A stretch of 32,159 bases of DNA from assembly GCA_030605895.1 (NCBI GenBank), contig JAUWHL010000005.1:1-32159 (forward strand), given 5' to 3'. Shown piece by piece: positions 1-8,759 of the stretch. The translations under genes and the position numbers were made by a program. The notes beneath the pieces were generated by a model. That model ran no database searches, was not told the origin of the DNA, and saw only the letters and a program-made list of their open reading frames with translations. The DNA is from Promethearchaeota archaeon. Lineage in GTDB: Archaea; Asgardarchaeota; Lokiarchaeia; Sigyniarchaeales; SOKP01. Within the stretch, counting starts at the first letter, position 1; each line of letters opens with the position of its first letter.

Positions 1-1
1 A

Positions 2-151
2 GTAATAATTGAAGAAGGTCGGGATGATCTCCCTGAAAATACAATATTAGAAGAAATAACTAAAGGTTATTATTTAAAAGATAAGATTTTAAGACCTGCA
101 AAGGTCAAAATCTCAAAAAAATCAAAATTAAAAAATTTAATTGAAAATTAA
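2..151 (+). CDS. grpE: GrpE nucleotide-exchange factor, C-terminal fragment (5' end lies outside the window)
   Basis: The frame is open from the window edge to TAA at 149-151. The translation ...EEITKGYYLKDKILRPAKVKISKK... matches the conserved GrpE C-terminal beta-domain pattern (GY.l.d+vlRPA.V.V). It sits directly upstream of dnaK-dnaJ, the classical grpE-dnaK-dnaJ order. Confidence 0.6.
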   Translation, partial: VIIEEGRDDLPENTILEEITKGYYLKDKILRPAKVKISKKSKLKNLIEN

Positions 152-198
152 AAAAAAATCAAAATTTTAAAAAATATATAAAAACGGAGTGATGAAAT

Positions 199-2112
199 AT
201 GGGAAAAATAATAGGAATTGACTTAGGAACGTCAAATTCAGCAGCTGCTGTATTAATTGGCGGTAAGCCAACAATTATTCCAAGTGCTGAGGGTTTAACC
301 TTGGGTGGCAAAGCATTTCCATCTGTGGTTGCATTCACGAAAGATGGTCAGAGATTAGTAGGAGAGCCAGCAAGAAGACAAGCGATTTCAAACCCAGATC
401 GTACAATTACAGCTATTAAAAGGAAGATGGGTACATCTTATACAGTGAAAATAGATGGCAAGGATTATTCACCTCAAGAAATTTCCGCAATGATTTTAAG
501 GAAAATCAAGGAAGATACTAGTGCTTATTTAGGTGAAGAAGTAACTGATGTGATTATTACAGTACCAGCATATTTTAACGATAATCAAAGACAAGCTACG
601 AAGGACGCGGGAAGGATTGCAGGATTAAATGTGAAACGTTTAATTAACGAACCCACTGCCGCAGCTGTAGCTTATGGATTAGATAAGAAAAATGCTAGAC
701 TAAAAATTGCAGTATTGGATCTTGGTGGTGGTACTTTTGATGTCACCATAATGGAGATGGACAATCAAGTTTTCGAAGTGATTTCTACAGCAGGGGATAC
801 TCAATTAGGTGGTACAGACATGGACAAGATCCTTGTTGATTATACAGTATCAGAATTTCAAAAAGATCAGGGCGTAGATTTAAGAAGTGATTCAATGGCA
901 ATGCAAAGAATTCGGGAAGCAGCTGAAAAAGCTAAAATTGAATTATCTACATCGATTACAACTGATATTAATTTACCTTATATAACAGCAACTAGTGAAG
1001 GACCTAAACATCTTAATATGGCACTTACGAGAGCTAAATTGGAACAATTAATTGACTCTGTATTAAAGAAATTGGATACTTCAATCTTAAAGGCTTTAAA
1101 AGATGCTGGCATGGCAAGAGGAGAAATCGATAAAATTATTTTAGTCGGTGGACCAACAAGAATGCCCGTTATACAGAAGAAATTCGAAGATTTATTAGGA
1201 AAGACACCAGAGCGTAGCATAGATCCAATGGAGTGTGTTGCTATGGGTGCTTCAATTCAAGGTGGGGTATTAACTGGTGAAGTAGAGGATTTATTACTAC
1301 TTGATGTAACACCCTTATCATTAGGTGTTGAAACTTTAGGTGGAGTGTTTACAAAACTTATTGAGAGAAACACGACAATTCCCACCAAGAAAGCTGAATC
1401 TTTTTCAACAGCAGCGGATAATCAACCAGCAGTAGAAATTCATGTATTACAAGGTGAAAGATCAAGAGCTGCAGATAATATAACATTAGGAAAGTTTCAT
1501 TTGAACGGTATTCCACCTGCTCCAAGGGGAGTACCACAGATCGAAGTAACTTTTGATATTGATCAAAATGGAATTATAAATGTTTCCGCCAAAGATAAAG
1601 GTACTGGAAAAAGTCAATCAATAACAATCACAGCATCTACTAAGATGCCTGATGATGAAATAGAGCAAAAAATTCGAGAAGCTGAGCGAAATGCAGAAGA
1701 AGACAGAGTATTCAAAGAATTAATAGAAGCCAAAAACCATGGAGAATCGCTAATTTACCAAACTGAAAAGCTATTGAAAGAAAATGAAGCAGTAATAGGG
1801 GACTTAAAATCAAATATTCTTGATAAGATATCTGATTTACGAAGTGCAATGGAATCAGATGATGTAAGTCGAATTAAGAGTGCTATGGAAGTTTTACAAA
1901 ACTCGTTGCATGAAGTATCATCACGCATTTATGGACAACAACAAGGACCATCTCAAGGAGCTTATCAAGGTGCTCCACCGGGAGGTATGGGTGATATTCC
2001 ACCAGGTGCAACATCTGATTATCAAGGAAAAACTCAAGATGAAATTGAAGAAGAACAATTTAGAAGAGCAACAGGCCAAGATGATAATGTAGTTGATGCT
2101 GAGTATGAGTAA
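199..2112 (+). CDS. dnaK: Hsp70 chaperone DnaK
   Basis: Carries the Hsp70 signatures [17 protein letters not shown] and VGGPTRMP, plus a substrate-binding domain and lid. An SD-like GGAGTG lies upstream of the ATG. The segment [28 protein letters not shown] lacks the ~24-aa insert of Gram-negative DnaK, so this is the Gram-positive/archaeal type. Confidence 0.97.
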   Translation: MGKIIGIDLGTSNSAAAVLIGGKPTIIPSAEGLTLGGKAFPSVVAFTKDGQRLVGEPARRQAISNPDRTITAIKRKMGTSYTVKIDGKDYSPQEISAMILRKIKEDTSAYLGEEVTDVIITVPAYFNDNQRQATKDAGRIAGLNVKRLINEPTAAAVAYGLDKKNARLKIAVLDLGGGTFDVTIMEMDNQVFEVISTAGDTQLGGTDMDKILVDYTVSEFQKDQGVDLRSDSMAMQRIREAAEKAKIELSTSITTDINLPYITATSEGPKHLNMALTRAKLEQLIDSVLKKLDTSILKALKDAGMARGEIDKIILVGGPTRMPVIQKKFEDLLGKTPERSIDPMECVAMGASIQGGVLTGEVEDLLLLDVTPLSLGVETLGGVFTKLIERNTTIPTKKAESFSTAADNQPAVEIHVLQGERSRAADNITLGKFHLNGIPPAPRGVPQIEVTFDIDQNGIINVSAKDKGTGKSQSITITASTKMPDDEIEQKIREAERNAEEDRVFKELIEAKNHGESLIYQTEKLLKENEAVIGDLKSNILDKISDLRSAMESDDVSRIKSAMEVLQNSLHEVSSRIYGQQQGPSQGAYQGAPPGGMGDIPPGATSDYQGKTQDEIEEEQFRRATGQDDNVVDAEYE

Positions 2113-2200
2113 ATTCGATTTTTTTATTTATTTTTTATTTATTTAAAAATTCATGTTTAATAAATTATTATTCATCATTATTAGAAACGGATTGTAAAAT

Positions 2201-3211
2201 ATGGCAAAAAATTATTATAAAAAATTAGGAATTAATAAAGGAGCTTCAAAAGAAGAAATTAAAAGAGCATTTCGTAAAATGGCTCGAAAATATCATCCTG
2301 ACGTTAATCCTGATGAACCAAAGTCAGGAGAAAAATTTAAGGAGATAAACGAAGCTTATTCAATTTTAAGCGATGATAAAAAAAGAGATATGTATGATAG
2401 ATTTGGTGTTGTAGAAGGCGATTCATCAACATATCAAAAATGGGGTGAGGCTCCTGGAGGTGCAAGAGCTCATCAAAGTCCAGATGGTACAACCTACTAT
2501 TATTCTTCCTCGGGTTCACCTAGAGGATTTGACTTCAGTGAAATATTTGGAAATCGGAATAATTCTCGAAGTAGAGGTGGGGGATTTGATTTTTTCAATG
2601 ATTTAGGAGATATATTTGATGTTTTTAATAAGAGTGGTAGAGGGAGTACAAGAGCAAACACACCCAATTATAATAATCTTCCAAGAGAAGGGGATGATTT
2701 AAGATATGATATGGAAATTGATTTTATGGATGCTTTTCATGGAGGAAAGAAAAAAGTTCAATATAAAGATCCCACTACAAATCAGATGAAAACATTAAAT
2801 GTAAACATTCCAAGAGGTATAAAGGATGATCAGAAATTACGTTTAAAAGGAAAAGGGATGCCCGGAGAAAATGGTGGTGCTCAGGGTGATCTATATATTG
2901 CGATACATATTAGAAAACACCCAAAATTTGAAAGGAGAGGTGAGGATATCTATATTGAACAAGATGTTCCTTTTACAACAGCCGCACTTGGAGGAAAGAT
3001 TCAAGTATCAGGAATAGAAAACACTTTAAATGTAACAGTTCCCCCTGGGACTAATGATTCATCATTATTAAGATTAAAAAATCAAGGATTTTATAATATT
3101 AATTCAGATCAAAGAGGAAATTTATTGATTAAAATAAAAATAAAAGTTCCTAAAAAATTGAATAAGAATCAGAAAGCATTGCTAGAAGAATTACAAATAA
3201 TTGGGGTTTAA
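2201..3211 (+). CDS. dnaJ: J-domain co-chaperone, class B (CbpA/DnaJB-like) with no zinc-finger domain
   Basis: Has a J-domain with HPD ([10 protein letters not shown]), a G/F-rich linker ([17 protein letters not shown]) and two C-terminal beta-sandwich client-binding domains ([23 protein letters not shown]). The 336-aa product contains no cysteine, so the four CxxCxGxG repeats of class A DnaJ are absent. Confidence 0.85.
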   Translation: MAKNYYKKLGINKGASKEEIKRAFRKMARKYHPDVNPDEPKSGEKFKEINEAYSILSDDKKRDMYDRFGVVEGDSSTYQKWGEAPGGARAHQSPDGTTYYYSSSGSPRGFDFSEIFGNRNNSRSRGGGFDFFNDLGDIFDVFNKSGRGSTRANTPNYNNLPREGDDLRYDMEIDFMDAFHGGKKKVQYKDPTTNQMKTLNVNIPRGIKDDQKLRLKGKGMPGENGGAQGDLYIAIHIRKHPKFERRGEDIYIEQDVPFTTAALGGKIQVSGIENTLNVTVPPGTNDSSLLRLKNQGFYNINSDQRGNLLIKIKIKVPKKLNKNQKALLEELQIIGV

Positions 3212-3313
3212 TAAATTAAAATGAGAGAAAAATTAGAAAAGAGAGAGGATTTAATAATTGGTCTACAATTGTTTTATAATTTTAAATAAAATTAATATAT
3301 TGAGGATATTAAA

Positions 3314-4207
3314 ATGAGTTCAAACACTAAAAATAATATTTTATTAAATGTTTGTCCCGAATGTGGGGGGTCAATAATTCCATTAATAGAGACAGGGGAT
3401 GTTGTATGTAATCAGTGTGGATTAGTAATTGATGAAAAAAATGTTGATTTTTCACATAATGGGAGAAGAGCATATACAAACCAAGAAAAAAACAATAGAG
3501 AGCAGACAGGAGCTCCAATTTCAATTTTACTGCCAGATATTGGATTAAGTACCGTTATGGACAGAAATAAAATAAATAATCCTGATTTAAAAAGAGCTGC
3601 TAAATGGAATACTCGTATAACATGGCAAAAAAGAAATCTATTAATCGCGTCTACGGAATTGAAAAGAATTAGCACAAATTTAAACTTACCTATTTATATA
3701 AGAGAGGCTGCAATGCGTCTTTATAGGGAAGCTTTCAAAAAAAAGTTATTACGAGGAAGATCTATTAATGCAATGGTTGCAGCGTGTTTATACCTGGCAT
3801 GTAGAAGAAAACAACTCCCAAGAACGCTTCAAGAAATAACAAATGAAGCCCAAGCAAATGCTAAAGATGTAAGAAGAAGTTATACAACTATAATTAGGGA
3901 ATTTAATTTAAAATCTCCCTCTACTGATCCTGTATCTCTTATTCCGAGATATATAAATGATTTAGAATTAGATTCAGAAATAGAACAATTAACAACTAAA
4001 ATTTTAAACTCTTATAAGGCAAGATTTTCTATTAGTGGAAAAGATCCAAAAGGTCTATGTGCTGGCGCAATTTATTTAGCTTCCAAAATTAAAAATAAGG
4101 AAACTACACAACAAAAAATTGTAAAAACAGTGGGAATTACAGAAGTAACTCTTCGTTCGCGTTATAAAGAATTGAAAAATAAGCTAAAAATCACACTATC
4201 CACATAA
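3314..4207 (+). CDS. tfb: Transcription initiation factor IIB (TFB)
   Basis: N-terminal zinc ribbon CPECGG...CNQCG, followed by a B-reader/linker and two cyclin-fold repeats (RGRSINAMVAACLYLACR; KDPKGLCAGAIYLASK). An AT-rich TATA-like stretch and a GAGGA motif precede the ATG. Confidence 0.93.
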   Translation: MSSNTKNNILLNVCPECGGSIIPLIETGDVVCNQCGLVIDEKNVDFSHNGRRAYTNQEKNNREQTGAPISILLPDIGLSTVMDRNKINNPDLKRAAKWNTRITWQKRNLLIASTELKRISTNLNLPIYIREAAMRLYREAFKKKLLRGRSINAMVAACLYLACRRKQLPRTLQEITNEAQANAKDVRRSYTTIIREFNLKSPSTDPVSLIPRYINDLELDSEIEQLTTKILNSYKARFSISGKDPKGLCAGAIYLASKIKNKETTQQKIVKTVGITEVTLRSRYKELKNKLKITLST

Positions 4208-4316
4208 AATAAAAAATCTTTTTATTATTAATCTTTTTTTACCGACCATTTTAAAATTTAATGTAATTTTGGTTGGTTATCAACATTTATATTAGTTTAG
4301 TTATTTCTTTATTATT

Positions 4317-5297
4317 ATGGTCTCTTTTAAAGATTTAGGGTTATCCAATACAAAAAAAATGTTTAAGGTGGCTCAAGAAAGAAAATTTGCCGTTCCTGGA
4401 TATAATTACAGTAATTTAGAACAATTGCAAGCAATTATTATAGGTTGTGGCGAAACTAACTCACCAGTGATTCTTCAAAATAGTCCAGCAGCAGGAGAAT
4501 ATGCAAATCGAGCAATGGTTAGATATTTAGGTGAGGGCGCAGTCGCAATGGCGAAAAATTTAGGTTATAATATCCCAATTGCATTACATTTAGATCATGG
4601 AAACTCATTTGAATTAGCAAAAATCTGTATAGATAAAGGTTTTTCAAGTGTAATGTTTGATGGTAGCCATTTGGATTATGAAGAAAACATTAATATCACA
4701 AAAAAAATCGTTGCTTACGCTCATGAAAAAGATGTGAGTGTAGAAGCAGAATTAGGGGTTATTGCGGGTATTGAAGAACATGTAGAAGCAAGTGAACATC
4801 ATTATACTGATCCAGATCAGGTAGAAGACTTTGTAAACCAGACAGGTTGTAATTCATTAGCAATTGCTATAGGTACATCCCATGGAGCATATAAATTTAA
4901 AGTAGAAAAAGAAGAAGATATTCCTGAATTAAGGTTTGATATACTCGAAGAAGTTAGAAAACGGTTAGGAAAGTTTCCAATCGTTTTACATGGATCTTCC
5001 TCAATACCTCAAAAATATGCGAAAATAATAAATGAATATGGTGGATCCTTATCAAAAGCATTTGGAATACCAGAAGCTCAACTAAAAAAAGCAACTCAAT
5101 ATGGAGTGTGTAAAATTAATATTGCCACGGATAGCAGAATGGTTTTTACGGCGATGATAAGAAAATATTTAGCAGAGCACCCAGATCAAATTGGTCCAAG
5201 AAAATATTTAGGTTTAGCTCGTCAAGAGTTAATTGATATGATAAAACAAAGAAATAAAGAAGTACTAGGGTCAGCAGATCAGGCAAAATATATTTAA
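4317..5297 (+). CDS. fba: Class II (metal-dependent) fructose/ketose-1,6-bisphosphate aldolase
   Basis: Class II aldolase motifs ALHLDHGNS, AIGTSHGAYKF and IVLHGSSSIP are present. The 326-aa length fits the class IIB type. Confidence 0.85.
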   Translation: MVSFKDLGLSNTKKMFKVAQERKFAVPGYNYSNLEQLQAIIIGCGETNSPVILQNSPAAGEYANRAMVRYLGEGAVAMAKNLGYNIPIALHLDHGNSFELAKICIDKGFSSVMFDGSHLDYEENINITKKIVAYAHEKDVSVEAELGVIAGIEEHVEASEHHYTDPDQVEDFVNQTGCNSLAIAIGTSHGAYKFKVEKEEDIPELRFDILEEVRKRLGKFPIVLHGSSSIPQKYAKIINEYGGSLSKAFGIPEAQLKKATQYGVCKINIATDSRMVFTAMIRKYLAEHPDQIGPRKYLGLARQELIDMIKQRNKEVLGSADQAKYI

Positions 5298-5306
5298 ATA
5301 AAATTT

Positions 5307-5576
5307 TTATCCTTTTTCAATGACAATACCTGTACCACCATTAGGATATTGAAATTTGATTGCACCAGCATCACATATTTGATAACAAGCAGCACATTCT
5401 AAACATTTTGATTGATAATCATCAACAATATATATTTTTCCTTCTTTTTTCCGCCATAAATTCATTACACATATAATTAAACAACAATCGCAATTATTAC
5501 ATTTAGCATAATCTATCGTAATAAAGTCTCCTGTACCTAGTACTCGTTTAGTTAAATCTTCTAATTCAATTTTCAT
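5307..5576 (-). CDS. fixX: FixX-type ferredoxin-like protein
   Basis: An 89-aa protein with two Cys clusters (CNNCDCCLIIC; CLECAACYQIC) and the FixX-like C-terminus FQYPNGGTGIVIEKG. Its start lies 5 nt downstream of the fixC-like stop. Confidence 0.75.
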   Translation of the reverse strand: MKIELEDLTKRVLGTGDFITIDYAKCNNCDCCLIICVMNLWRKKEGKIYIVDDYQSKCLECAACYQICDAGAIKFQYPNGGTGIVIEKG

Positions 5577-5581
5577 TATTA

Positions 5582-6982
5582 TTAACCACCTCTTTTCTTC
5601 TTTTTCTGTGGTAACATATCTAAAAGTTTAGGTAACACTTTCATGATCTTCTTAGGATCCATTAATTTATCTAAATCATCTTCAAAAACCTTAGCTATTA
5701 GAGGAAAAACATAAGTCATTATAAATGGTGTCGCTTTAGGCATATATGACTTGACATGACTTGCAATTTGACGTACTCTTTTAGCATGAGGTTGAGACCA
5801 ATCAAATATTCCTCCTAGAATTTCCATTATCATAGGAACAAACCAAGACATTGTTTCTTTTGGGCTAAATGGTAAAGCTTTCCATATATTCCATAACTCA
5901 TAACCAGCCTCAAACTCTTTTCCAATACTAGTATTTTGCCATTCTTCATCAAATTTTTTAAGAGTCACTTTGGACACATCTCCAGATGTTATTGCTTCAG
6001 AAGCTATTTCTGCTGCTAGTTTTCCTGTTACCATTGCAGGATATATCCCCTCTGCCTCCAGAGGACAAGGAAAACCACCAGCGTCGCCAATTAATATAAC
6101 ACCATCAGTATGAGTATTGAATGGATAATCTAACCAAGGGAGTAGGTGAGATTGAAGCTCACGTGGTTTAGCATCAAGGATTTTTAACAATCTTTGATAA
6201 TATTTCAGATTAATAACACGATTTAAATAATACAATGGATTTTTATCCCACCAATTCATCCAGTTTCCTAATCCTTGATGAAAACCATCATTAAAGAAGA
6301 CTTGATATGAAGCTGGAAAGTTTGAACCCCACCATACAGCCAATGTTTCATCACCCATAATATCATCAATTTTTTCCGAAGGTGCTTGAAAATCGTACTG
6401 TAATGTTAATGTAACTTGATTTTGAGCCCATCTTTTTCTCAATCCAGATTTTCGTGCTACAGTTGATATGACTCCATCTGCTCCAATAACTATTGGAGCC
6501 CTATATTTTTCTCCTTTTTCATCAATTACACCACATATTTTGCCATCTTCCTTCAATAAATCTACAATTAAAGTAGAAGTCTTTAATTCAGCACCAGCAT
6601 CAGTCGCAAATTTAGCAATCCATGGGTCAAACTCACTACGATATACATTCATGGTGATCCAAGATTTAGCTGGTTCATATGAAACAGATTCTGTTGGACG
6701 TGCCATAATATAACCTGATACAATATCATCTTTATTTATAAAATAATTACGTGCTGCAATACCAGCTCGCATCGAGGGACACTCTTCGGGAGTTAACTCT
6801 TTCATCATTTTAGGAAAATCTCTAAACATTCGTGGTCCTAATCCACATCCGGAAGAATTTTTCTCTCCCGGATTACGACCACGCTCAAAAAAAATCGTTT
6901 TTAATCCATTTTCGGCAGCAGTTTTAGCAGCAACAGATCCTCCTGGTCCCGCTCCCACTATTATTAGATCATAATTTTTCAT
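5582..6982 (-). CDS. FAD-dependent oxidoreductase, FixC / ETF-quinone oxidoreductase / geranylgeranyl-reductase family
   Basis: N-terminal Rossmann dinucleotide fold YDLIIVGAGPGGSVAAKTAAENGLKTIFFERG, followed by GEKNSSGCG and IGDAGGFPCPLEAEGIYPAMVTG. It is paired with a FixX-like gene. I cannot separate FixC from GGR by eye. Confidence 0.7.
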   Translation of the reverse strand: MKNYDLIIVGAGPGGSVAAKTAAENGLKTIFFERGRNPGEKNSSGCGLGPRMFRDFPKMMKELTPEECPSMRAGIAARNYFINKDDIVSGYIMARPTESVSYEPAKSWITMNVYRSEFDPWIAKFATDAGAELKTSTLIVDLLKEDGKICGVIDEKGEKYRAPIVIGADGVISTVARKSGLRKRWAQNQVTLTLQYDFQAPSEKIDDIMGDETLAVWWGSNFPASYQVFFNDGFHQGLGNWMNWWDKNPLYYLNRVINLKYYQRLLKILDAKPRELQSHLLPWLDYPFNTHTDGVILIGDAGGFPCPLEAEGIYPAMVTGKLAAEIASEAITSGDVSKVTLKKFDEEWQNTSIGKEFEAGYELWNIWKALPFSPKETMSWFVPMIMEILGGIFDWSQPHAKRVRQIASHVKSYMPKATPFIMTYVFPLIAKVFEDDLDKLMDPKKIMKVLPKLLDMLPQKKKKRGG

Positions 6983-7098
6983 TTGAATTTCCCTTTAATA
7001 TTTCGCTTTGAAATTATAATTGTTTTATAATGCTCATCAATTAATTAAAGTTTTATTTTTTTGAATGAAAATATCTTAATAGGTGGAAATATTTTAAG

Positions 7099-7118
7099 AA
7101 GAAAGAAATTTCTTTCTT
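7099..7118. promoter_or_regulatory. Perfect 20-bp palindrome immediately upstream of the first FAD-oxidase gene
   Basis: AAGAAAGAAA|TTTCTTTCTT has all 10 mirrored pairs complementary. It ends 12 nt before the ATG at 7131, in the 148-bp divergent spacer shared with the fixC-like gene. Confidence 0.4.
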
Positions 7119-7130
7119 ATTTTATATACT

Positions 7131-8594
7131 ATGAGTGAAACGAAGATATATCTAGAATTAGTTAAGATATATGGTTCAAAGAATATTTCAAATGATCCTA
7201 ATGTACTAGAGAAATATTCAGAAGATTTGAGCTTTTTTCCTAAGAAAGAGCCTAAATACGTAATTTGGCCGAGAAATCGTAATCAAATTCAAAAAACTAT
7301 AAAATTGGCTAATTCTTTAAACTTCTCTATAATTCCTGTTAGTTCATCCTCAGGTCCTAGGCACCATGGAGATACTATCCCACGAAATAATAAAACTATT
7401 ATTCTTAATCTCTCCAAATTGAAAAAAATTATTAATATTGATAGGAAAAACAGAGTAGTTATGATTGAACCCGGTGTTAGTTTTGGGGAATTAATACCGC
7501 AACTCTATAAAAGAGGATTAAAAATATTAACTCCTCTACACCCTAGAGCTTCTAAATCAGTTCTTACAGCAGCGCTTGAGCGTGAACCTATAACAATTCC
7601 CCGTTATATGTGGGATAGTTCTGATCCATTATTATGTACTGAAGTTTTTTTCGGAAATGGTGAATTATTTAGAACTGGAGCAGCAGCAGGTCCAGGGAGT
7701 ATTAAACAACAAAAAAAGTCAGGACAAGCTCAAGTAAATCCCATGGGACCAACTCAATTCAGTCCATTTAGGATTATACAAGGCGCACAAGGAAGTATTG
7801 GAGTTGTAACATGGGCTACACTGAAATTGGAAATATTACCTTCCATTCAAAAAGTATACCATTTTCAATCAAAAAATATCGAAGAACTCTTAGATTTCCA
7901 ATATGAACTCTTGAAATATCGTTTATGCGATGAATTATTTATTTTAAACAATCTTAATTTAGCGTGTTTAATTAGAGAGGACCCATCTGAAATTTTGACA
8001 TTAACTAACAGTTTAGCTAAGTGGAATTTAATATTTGTTATATCTGGAAGAGACAAGCTGGCAAGCGATAAAATAGCATATCTTGAAGGCGATATACTTG
8101 ATATAATAAAAGAGAAAAAACTCAAGATATCAAATAATAAAACTGAAACAAATGAGATTGACATCTTAAACTTTTTAAATCAAGCTGATATAAATCCTTG
8201 GAGATTAAGATTGAATGGAGGATACCAAGATATTTTTTTCATATCAAATTATGAAAAAATTTCCGAACTCATAACCTTGGTTGAAAAGCAAATTACTAAA
8301 AATTTAGGAATTTATATTCAACCTATTAATCAAGGGACTTCTTATCATTGTGAATTTAATATTTATTATAATCCTAATAACAAAGAAGAAACCTTAGACG
8401 TTAAAGAGAAATTCTTGAGAATAAGTATTGATCTAATGAATTCAGGCGCTTTTTTTAATAGACCTTATGGATTATGGGCTAAGGATGTTTATGAAAGACA
8501 TGAAGACTCAACTCAAAAAGCTTTAAAAAAAGTGAAAAAAATTTTTGATCCTAATAATGTATTAAATCCCGGAGTTCTATGTTTTGACGATTAA
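7131..8594 (+). CDS. FAD-binding PCMH/VAO-type oxidoreductase (GlcD/GlcE/D-lactate dehydrogenase superfamily), divergent
   Basis: The N-terminus resembles FAD_binding_4 proteins (LVKIYGSKNISNDPNVLEKYSEDLS; PKYVIWPRNRNQIQKTIKLA; VVMIEPGVSFGEL). The C-terminus carries the FAD-oxidase signature KKIFDPNNVLNPG. Confidence 0.7.
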   Translation: MSETKIYLELVKIYGSKNISNDPNVLEKYSEDLSFFPKKEPKYVIWPRNRNQIQKTIKLANSLNFSIIPVSSSSGPRHHGDTIPRNNKTIILNLSKLKKIINIDRKNRVVMIEPGVSFGELIPQLYKRGLKILTPLHPRASKSVLTAALEREPITIPRYMWDSSDPLLCTEVFFGNGELFRTGAAAGPGSIKQQKKSGQAQVNPMGPTQFSPFRIIQGAQGSIGVVTWATLKLEILPSIQKVYHFQSKNIEELLDFQYELLKYRLCDELFILNNLNLACLIREDPSEILTLTNSLAKWNLIFVISGRDKLASDKIAYLEGDILDIIKEKKLKISNNKTETNEIDILNFLNQADINPWRLRLNGGYQDIFFISNYEKISELITLVEKQITKNLGIYIQPINQGTSYHCEFNIYYNPNNKEETLDVKEKFLRISIDLMNSGAFFNRPYGLWAKDVYERHEDSTQKALKKVKKIFDPNNVLNPGVLCFDD

Positions 8595-8759
8595 ATCAGA
8601 TAAATTTATTAATATTTTTTTTAGTAAAATTTTTAAATTTTTATTATAGAATATTTAAAAATGAATTTAGACCTATTTTCGTTTTCATAAATATTAAATA
8701 TTTAATTTTTTATTATAAGTGAGAATTAATAATATCAATATCAAAAAAAAGGATTAGGA

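Noticed and set aside
978-2092. ORFs 978-1220(-) and 1880-2092(+) inside dnaK
   Set aside because: They lie entirely within the strongly supported dnaK frame. Their products are low-complexity with no motifs. They are typical shadow ORFs of an AT-rich genome.
2337-3675. ORFs 2337-2519(-), 3327-3524(-) and 3412-3675(-), antisense to dnaJ and tfb
   Set aside because: They overlap well-supported genes on the opposite strand, and their F/L/S/I-rich products mirror K/E/N-rich sense codons.
4235-4282. ACCGACCA...TGGTTGGT stem (8 bp with one G-U, 21-nt loop) after tfb, and the nested CGATAT/AAGATT hairpin at about 21218-21260
   Set aside because: The stems are short and imperfect in AT-rich spacers, and the nearby oligo-T tracts suffice as archaeal terminators. 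I cannot distinguish them from chance by eye.
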